Source: Candidatus Latescibacterota bacterium (GTDB taxonomy: Bacteria > Latescibacterota > UBA2968 > UBA8231). Taken from it: a stretch of DNA of 64,000 bases. Location: assembly GCA_965248265.1 (NCBI GenBank), contig CBDFJF010000002.1, positions 2,624,001 to 2,688,000 of the forward strand, written 5' to 3'. The position numbers and the translations under genes are program-made. Numbering within the stretch: the stretch's first letter is position 1; the number at the start of each line of letters is the position of its first letter. Below the pieces are notes generated by a model. The model had not been told where the DNA came from. It did not search any database and saw nothing but the letters and a program-made list of their open reading frames with translations. This document shows positions 57,682 to 64,000 of this stretch, one piece after another.

Positions 57682-58680
57682 TCAAGTTTCTCGAAATTGC
57701 CTGCAGGCTTGTGACAGCACTCGCATCTTTGCCCGGGTGATATCCAGCGGCACGTGGCCGCAACCACACTCGCTGCTCAACAGCAGGCGATCGGGGCTGA
57801 AATGCTCCAACGCCGGTTTTGTTCGTTCCCAGATGACATCGGGCGTTTCGATTTCGTCGCTGCGCTGGTCGATGACGCCGAGCATGAGATCCCCCTTGAA
57901 GTCCCACAGGGGCCACAACTCCATTAGATTGTAGTGGAGGGTGCAGTGTTCGAGGGAGATCTCGTCGATCTTCAGCTTCGTCAAGCCTTCGATCATGTCC
58001 GTGTACTTGCCGAAATAGACTCTCTTCCGATGGGGATTACCGCCGCATATGTGCACAGCCGTTCGCACGTGTGAGGGCAGCTTGTCGATGAGCTCGTTGA
58101 GCACGTCGGCTGCCCAGCCCGCTTCCTCCGGTGACAGGGTCAGAACCGGTTCGTCAAACTGGATGTAGTCGCAGCCGGCATCGATGACCTCCAGCAGTTC
58201 GCGGGTTAACACATCGACGAAGGCGCGGGCGACGGCGATTTCGTCTTCATAGAGGTCGGGCCGCTCGTTGACCGTGAACCGCGATAGCATATGGGGTCCG
58301 GTCACCGTCTGCTTCACCTGAACACCGGCTGGCGCCGTTTCTCTCGCCGCCTTCCACTTGCTGGCCAGTTGCCAGCGCGTCTCTGAGAGCTCGCCGACCA
58401 GGCGGGCGCACTCGATGCCAAAACCGGCGTCACCAAAACTCTTGTAGGCCATGTCTTCCATGGTGATGCCATCCATGCGCTTTTGATAAAACCAATACAT
58501 GTTCTCGCGATAGCCCTCTCCATCGCCGACGATTTCGAGGCCAAGGGAGACCTGGTCCTGGACGGCCCAGCGAATCATCTCCAGGGCTTCATCGTCGGAG
58601 ATGGTGACTTTCTTCATCGTGTCTTCGACGGGAATATTGCGCGGATAGCTGCCGACGACGGTGGCGCGGTAGTCAGTCAT
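57682..58680 (-). CDS. cobalamin-independent methionine synthase-like protein, catalytic domain only
   Basis: VVGSYPR, GDGEGYR, KQTVTGP, IQFDEP, Zn ligands HIC / SLE / SECG, LGVID; 332 aa. Confidence 0.85.
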   Translation of the reverse strand: MTDYRATVVGSYPRNIPVEDTMKKVTISDDEALEMIRWAVQDQVSLGLEIVGDGEGYRENMYWFYQKRMDGITMEDMAYKSFGDAGFGIECARLVGELSETRWQLASKWKAARETAPAGVQVKQTVTGPHMLSRFTVNERPDLYEDEIAVARAFVDVLTRELLEVIDAGCDYIQFDEPVLTLSPEEAGWAADVLNELIDKLPSHVRTAVHICGGNPHRKRVYFGKYTDMIEGLTKLKIDEISLEHCTLHYNLMELWPLWDFKGDLMLGVIDQRSDEIETPDVIWERTKPALEHFSPDRLLLSSECGCGHVPLDITRAKMRVLSQACRQFRET

Positions 58681-59660
58681 GAGGTGTCCTTCGGCTCCAG
58701 GCCGGCAGCCTCACGGGTTTCGTTGATGTGGGCGAGCAGACCTGCAGACAACGGGCGCGGGAAAAAGTCGATCTCAGCCTGCAGGCGATTGCCATCCATA
58801 TCATCGATGAGTGGTGTGCAGGGCTTGTTCTCATCCACGGAAATGTCGGCATCCGGCAGGTGCTGTTTGACCTGTCGGATGAGCTCGGCGGTCGTCACCG
58901 TTTCGCCGCCGCTGTTGTAGACATAGTGCTGGAGATCCCGTTTCAGCGCCAGGCGGACCAGCTGCTCGGCGCAGTCGTCGACGTAGATCCAGTTTTCGCG
59001 GTTGGCTGCGGGAAACGGGAGGGATGCCGGTTCGCCGAGTGCCGGATTGGTGGCAAACACTTCGGCCCAGGATTGGGCGCCGCCGCCACGACCGAAGCCG
59101 AAAACGACGGAAGGTCGCAGGCAGGCGACACTCAGGTCGTGGGCCGAAGCATACTTACGGCCCATGAATTCGTTGAGCAGTTTCATGGCGCCATAAGCGA
59201 AGTGGTGGCCGTCGGGCGCACAGAAGTCGTCCTCGCGAACCGGCCGTTCTCCATAGCGGGTTTGAGTGTCACCGTACACCGCTTCGCTGCTGACCAGGAT
59301 GACTCGCCGCATCCGGTGGCGGGCAGCCCCTTCGAGGATGTTCACCGTTCCCATGACGTTGACGTGTGTGCCCAGGACCAGATTTTCCTCGACCCCAGCG
59401 GTCAATAGAGACGCCAGATGAATGACGCGGGTGATGTCGCGGCTCTGTGAAAAAGCTGATTCCACCTGTTCGAGGTCGGTGACGTCTGCCTCGACGACGG
59501 TCAGTTGATCCTCACGCAAGCCAGATTGCAACCGGTCGACGACGCTTTGGACAGGCTTTGAATCAAGGATGGCAACAGGGACGCTCCGCTCGAGCAGAAG
59601 GCGGCACACCCGGCGGCCGATGAATCCACTTCCTCCGGTGACCAGAATTCTTTCAGGCAT
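58677..59660 (-). CDS. NAD-dependent epimerase/dehydratase
   Basis: ILVTGGSGFIG, IHLAS, SSEAVYG, YGAMK, LRPSVVFG; ATGA overlap with the downstream gene. Confidence 0.9.
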   Translation of the reverse strand: MPERILVTGGSGFIGRRVCRLLLERSVPVAILDSKPVQSVVDRLQSGLREDQLTVVEADVTDLEQVESAFSQSRDITRVIHLASLLTAGVEENLVLGTHVNVMGTVNILEGAARHRMRRVILVSSEAVYGDTQTRYGERPVREDDFCAPDGHHFAYGAMKLLNEFMGRKYASAHDLSVACLRPSVVFGFGRGGGAQSWAEVFATNPALGEPASLPFPAANRENWIYVDDCAEQLVRLALKRDLQHYVYNSGGETVTTAELIRQVKQHLPDADISVDENKPCTPLIDDMDGNRLQAEIDFFPRPLSAGLLAHINETREAAGLEPKDTS

Positions 59661-59683
59661 AGGGAATCCGAGTTGGAACAGGC

Positions 59684-61222
59684 TCAATAGCCAATATTGT
59701 TCAGCGCCTTTTCACCAAGTCGGTCACGAAGCTGCGCCAGACAGAGGCTCCGGGGGGTCACATGCCGGTCCCAAGACTCGATGTAGCCGTCCTGCTTGGT
59801 CAGGTCCTGGTAATGGGTGTTAAAGACGGTGCCATGGATGCCTGAATGCCCGAACGCGAAATTCTGGGCGGTCGGCGGTTTCTGGATCAGGTACTGGCCT
59901 TCGCAGTTCCAGAACACGGTGTTGGCGCCAGCCCAGCCCATACCCTCTCCCCACCAGCGGGCGGTGAGCGGTGCCTTCACGTTGTCGAAGAGGGTCCCAT
60001 TTACCCAGCCGCCGTGAGGTTCGCTGGCGTTGTAGGGAATGGTTGCAGTGCAGTCGAGGAAGACGTTCCCGCTGGCCTGCGAGCCGCCAAGAACGAAGGA
60101 GTGCCGCCCCTTGTCGGATATGCAGCGCTGTGCAAACGAAAGCTGGCCATCGAGTTGGTAAACGAACCGTCTGCCGCCACCACAGAATGAAACCGGCTCC
60201 CAGGATTCGCAGTCCTGTACGGTCACCCATTTCGCTCCGCCGTTAGCCCTGACCAGGCCTCTGGCGAAATGGAGTGCGCTCACATGGCGTACCCAGACGT
60301 TTTTCGCATTGTCGATATTGATGAGTATCCAGTAGTGATTCTCGTCTGAATAGTACTCTTCGCCGATGTAAGGCTCGCGGTCCATGTTCCCGTACTCGAC
60401 CGTGCGGACCGTGCGGTCGTAGTCTGAAACGCCGCGCAGATTCTCGATGCCCACGTTTGAAATGCGGTCAGGATCCGTGTACTTTGCCATGTTACCTCCA
60501 CCCCAGCGAGCTTCAATAGCGGTCGTCACTGGCGCGTCTATTTCGACGAAGTCCCCGTCGATGGCGGTAATGACGCGGTCGTACTCGATCGTAAACGGCT
60601 CCCAGCGCCGTTGTTCGTTTTCCGGGTCCTGCCCAATCTCCTGTGTCCAGTCCTCGTTGCCATGCCGGCGAACCAGCACGGTATGGCCCGGTTTGAATTT
60701 CTTCGTCGAAGCCACTCGAAAACGTCGTGCACCCACCGGCACATGGTCGTCAGCGATGGCGACAGCCGTCGCCTCATCCGTTTCCCATGCCCCCTTACCG
60801 CCGACATCGATAAGAGGCACCCTGTTCTGCTCGTCCAGTACACCGACGCCGATGAGGATGGTGCCGATGTGGTCCATGCCGCTGCCGCGAAGTACTACTC
60901 CAGAGGAGGTGATCTTCAACGGAGTGTGTAGTTCGTAGTTGCCGTGCATGAGTTGCACGGTGCCGCGGAATCCATGTTCGTCGAGAGGGAGCGCTGAGAC
61001 CCGGTCGATGGCGGCCTGGATTACCGGAGAGGCATCGCCTTCAACGGCCCAGACGGTTTCTGCAGCAGGGATATGGGGAATGGCAACGCCACCTCCCATG
61101 TAGCCCGCATGCGAAAAATCGGGGATGGTGTTACCATCTTCGTCGGAAGTGTAGACGAGTTTCCCATCCGGACCGGGAAAAATCCGCGAAGTGGTGGGGG
61201 AGGGGATTCCGACAGCAGTCAT
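59684..61222 (-). CDS. right-handed beta-helix polysaccharide lyase-like protein
   Basis: GKLVY...GNTIPDFSHAGYMGG, IQAAID, SGVVLRGSG, NVGIENL, GRHSF, GTLFDN, GWAGANTVFWN, PRSL..AQL; start ATG 61222 behind GAGG. Confidence 0.75.
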   Translation of the reverse strand: MTAVGIPSPTTSRIFPGPDGKLVYTSDEDGNTIPDFSHAGYMGGGVAIPHIPAAETVWAVEGDASPVIQAAIDRVSALPLDEHGFRGTVQLMHGNYELHTPLKITSSGVVLRGSGMDHIGTILIGVGVLDEQNRVPLIDVGGKGAWETDEATAVAIADDHVPVGARRFRVASTKKFKPGHTVLVRRHGNEDWTQEIGQDPENEQRRWEPFTIEYDRVITAIDGDFVEIDAPVTTAIEARWGGGNMAKYTDPDRISNVGIENLRGVSDYDRTVRTVEYGNMDREPYIGEEYYSDENHYWILINIDNAKNVWVRHVSALHFARGLVRANGGAKWVTVQDCESWEPVSFCGGGRRFVYQLDGQLSFAQRCISDKGRHSFVLGGSQASGNVFLDCTATIPYNASEPHGGWVNGTLFDNVKAPLTARWWGEGMGWAGANTVFWNCEGQYLIQKPPTAQNFAFGHSGIHGTVFNTHYQDLTKQDGYIESWDRHVTPRSLCLAQLRDRLGEKALNNIGY

Positions 61223-61334
61223 GGATACCTCGCTATAAGCAGGGCAAATTATGATCGCGACCCGGTTAGTGTGGATAGAATCAGGAGTGTAGACAAGCGG
61301 CTCCAGACGGTGATCGCGGGCGGAAAGGATCTGA

Positions 61335-63479
61335 TTGATGGACACGGGACCATGGATACTGGCAACGCCTGACTGGGTCCTGGGATTCGTCCTTCGGGAC
61401 GGTATGCCGGCGATCTCGCGCATGTTGCCTGCCGCGCCGTCGAACGCAGTGGCCGGCCCAAACTGGGCAGTTGACAAAGAAGAAGTCCAACTGCCGCAAT
61501 CAGTATTTGTTAGAGACTGTCAACAGGAGGTCTCCTGGGAATGGGCCGATGTGCGGACGGACACGCGGGAAATACGTTTCGTCTATCGCAGCATCCAGCC
61601 GGCGCTGGAATGTGTCTCCACGTGGCGAAGCGTGGCAGGCCACGGGCCTGTCGAGCACGCGGTCAGCGTGACCAACAATGAAGACAGGGAGGTAGTTTTC
61701 TCGCCACCGGCATCCATTGCGTTGACCGTGTCCGCACGGGAAGCGACGCGGCTGACGTGGGTGGAACAGCCCGGGAGTGGTCCGTCGGACGAGGGCATGC
61801 ATGTGGAAGAGGTGTGTGCCCGCTTCTCCCGAAGCCTTGTGACTTCACCCAACTATTCTCGTGATGCAGTTCCCTGGTTCTGCCTCTACGACACGGTGTC
61901 CGGCGAAGGGCTCTACGGTGGCATCGAGTTCTCCGGACTGACCGAGATCCTGGTCGAGAGAGGCGCACAAGACGAGGCCGGCCTCCATGTGAGTCTCGGC
62001 TTGCGGCAGAACCCGACGCCACCCCGGTCCCGCATCATGCCGGGCAAGGGGTATGACTTGCCGGTGTGTTTCGTGGGCATGTTCCGTGGCGATGAGGACG
62101 ACGGCAGCAACCGCCTACACCGCTGGGTCCAGGCGCACCTGCGCCCGGCCACTTCCACTCCCCTGCCCATCCTGGTCAACAACAGTTGGGGAATCATGGA
62201 GTTCGAGATCGACGAACAGAAGACCCGAGACTGCATTGAGGACTGTGCAACCCTGGGAATCGAAGCCTTCGTTGTCGATGCAGGCTGGTACCGGGAGGTG
62301 GGTAACTGGCGGAACGATTTGCACAAATTCCCCGGCGGCATGCGGGCGCTGGCAGATCTGGCGCATGCAAAGGGGCTGAAGTTCGGACTGTGGACGTGCT
62401 GGAGCATGGGCGGTGTTGCCCGGGACGCCGAAGACGGCGTTCTGAACGTCCACGACGAAGCACAGAAGACGTGGTTCACCACCGACTATCCGCCAGACTG
62501 GCAGCCGAGCATCCCGTGGTACGGCCCCCCGGTATGCCTGGGTTGCCGCGATGCCCGGCACTGGTGCTTCGAGGAGCTTCTACGCCTGGTGCGCGAGAGC
62601 AAGCTGGACATCCTGCGGCAGGACCAGACCCTGATCGTGGAAAGCTGCCGCCGAAGCGACCACGATCATCTGCCTTGTGGACCACCGGACCCGAATGACC
62701 GTGGCGCTATTGAGAGTTATCTGACTCTCCCCGATCCTTTCGAGAGACGACTGACTGCTGAAGCCGTGGACGTCTGCGCATCCGCGGCCAACGGCTACTA
62801 CGAGGTGTACGACCGGCTTTGTGCAGAGGAGCCGGACCTTCTGTTCGAAGGCTCTAACGGCGGCACCAACATCCTGGACTTCGGTTACCTGAAACGCGTC
62901 CACTTCGTCCAGGCGGACGATCGGTACACTCCCCTCAGCAACAGGCAGTCCTTCTACGACCTCAGTCACGCCATGCCGCCGGCGATGATCATGCTCTGGC
63001 TTTTTGCACGAGCCCCCGGTGAATCAGTGGCGCACTTCAAGTACATGATTCGCAGTGGAATGCTGGGCACCTGCGCCATCCTTCAGGACACCACGGCCTG
63101 GCCGGACGAATGGCGACGGGCTGCGGTGGAGCTCTTCCAGACATACAAAACCCGGCTTCGCCCCTTGATCGCTGACGGCAACCTGTACAGGGTCCTGCCA
63201 CGACCGGACGAGAAGACGTGGGACGGCATGCAGTACTACGATCCCCAATCCCATGTCGGGGCAGTGATCGTATTCCGCCCCGACAACCCCTCACCGACGC
63301 AACAGGTCGTCCTGCGCGGCCTTGGAGCAAAGCGCCTTTACGACATCACGTCCGAAGATGGTTCGGTTGCCTCGCAGACCTGCAGCGGCAGCGACCTGAT
63401 GACACACGGCCTGGAGATTTCCCTGCCGGAACGCTTCTTCTCGGACTGCATATGGATCGAGCAGATCCCGCGCTCATAA
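61335..63479 (+). CDS. alpha-galactosidase (GH36-like)
   Basis: VNNSW, FVVDAGWY, GNW...KFPGGM..LAD.AHAKGLKFGLW, ILRQD, FEGSNGG, WDGMQYYD; AAAGGA RBS. Confidence 0.82.
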   Translation: MMDTGPWILATPDWVLGFVLRDGMPAISRMLPAAPSNAVAGPNWAVDKEEVQLPQSVFVRDCQQEVSWEWADVRTDTREIRFVYRSIQPALECVSTWRSVAGHGPVEHAVSVTNNEDREVVFSPPASIALTVSAREATRLTWVEQPGSGPSDEGMHVEEVCARFSRSLVTSPNYSRDAVPWFCLYDTVSGEGLYGGIEFSGLTEILVERGAQDEAGLHVSLGLRQNPTPPRSRIMPGKGYDLPVCFVGMFRGDEDDGSNRLHRWVQAHLRPATSTPLPILVNNSWGIMEFEIDEQKTRDCIEDCATLGIEAFVVDAGWYREVGNWRNDLHKFPGGMRALADLAHAKGLKFGLWTCWSMGGVARDAEDGVLNVHDEAQKTWFTTDYPPDWQPSIPWYGPPVCLGCRDARHWCFEELLRLVRESKLDILRQDQTLIVESCRRSDHDHLPCGPPDPNDRGAIESYLTLPDPFERRLTAEAVDVCASAANGYYEVYDRLCAEEPDLLFEGSNGGTNILDFGYLKRVHFVQADDRYTPLSNRQSFYDLSHAMPPAMIMLWLFARAPGESVAHFKYMIRSGMLGTCAILQDTTAWPDEWRRAAVELFQTYKTRLRPLIADGNLYRVLPRPDEKTWDGMQYYDPQSHVGAVIVFRPDNPSPTQQVVLRGLGAKRLYDITSEDGSVASQTCSGSDLMTHGLEISLPERFFSDCIWIEQIPRS

Positions 63480-63857
63480 AAGTGTCCATGAGGCGACAAT
63501 CACAGACCTGGAGGAGAATATCACGATCGGGTTTGCCCCACGTGCATCCGCTATCTGTTGATTCCCCGTAGGCAAGCGCAGTTTCGCTTATGCGGCGGCA
63601 TGCCACGCCCGAAGAATTTCTGACACCCGAGCATTTGGCGAGTAGCAGTTATTACACCGGGGAAGATGTGTCTGCGTCGCTGGCGAGTCTGCCCGCACAC
63701 CCGAGTTGAATCCGGACGACGAGAGCTCGTCCGCTGCTGCTGTGTTGTGTCGCCTGGTACACACGTGTGTGTGGCGGAGCACCCATGGTTCCCCGGCGCG
63801 GGCCACGGGATACTCTAGCACACTCATTCTGGCCTCCATATTGCGTGCCATTGCGGC

Positions 63858-64000
63858 ATGCCAGCAACTCCCCCCGCCTACCGTCGCCGCACGCCCGAGA
63901 CGGAACCCCTCTACCAGGTGCTGGCCGAGAACGTGGAGACCTTCATCGAGCGCACGCGCTCGTCGGACCGGCAACTACCGGTTCATGTCGAGGAGGAGCT
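63858..64000 (+). mobile_element. start of an IS91/ISCR-like rolling-circle transposase (zinc-binding N-terminal region), truncated by the window edge
   Basis: Not in the ORF track. Translation MPATPPAYRRRTPETEPLYQVLAENVETFIER...LPVHVEEE matches the Y.RR.PE...LYQ.V.E..ETF....LP.HV..EF N-terminus of ISCR-type transposases. Confidence 0.75.

Noticed and set aside
61223-61477. Apparent head-to-head overlap of the lyase-like ORF and the GH36 gene
   Set aside because: Disappears when RBS-supported starts (61222 and 61335/61338) are used.

Overview
A 64-kb GC-rich bacterial window dominated by catabolic and carbohydrate-processing genes: enolase-superfamily dehydratases, DapA-like aldolases, SDR/Gfo-Idh/AKR oxidoreductases, GH95, GH36, BNR and beta-propeller hydrolases, a beta-helix lyase and a TonB-dependent receptor. 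The gene repertoire and a C-terminal TWGxxK motif suggest a Latescibacterota/Poribacteria-like organism (inference only). Recognisable modules are: (1) a nitrogen-assimilation block (amtB-glnK and type III glnA), each with a sigma54 -24/-12 promoter and a shared GACAAAAATGT upstream motif; (2) a Phd-VapC toxin-antitoxin pair between two truncated genes; (3) a mobile/defence island at about 28.3-36.4 kb containing a 492-bp MITE-like element, two degraded IS110 elements whose non-coding ends show bridge-RNA-like matches to their own junctions, and a RADAR-like P-loop ATPase plus adenosine deaminase pair; (4) an atypical sigma factor, a zinc-finger anti-sigma with a catalytically dead M6-protease-like outer domain, and a PP2C phosphatase; (5) a phnA + Zn alcohol dehydrogenase + aldehyde dehydrogenase operon without phnW, a candidate 2-hydroxyethylphosphonate pathway; (6) a tandem pair of acetoacetate-decarboxylase-like paralogues with a conserved amphipathic tail; (7) a dispersed promoter-like repeat in four copies; (8) an IS91/ISCR-like transposase beginning at the right edge. 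No rRNA, tRNA or CRISPR array was seen. All family calls come from motif recognition by eye, not from database searches.
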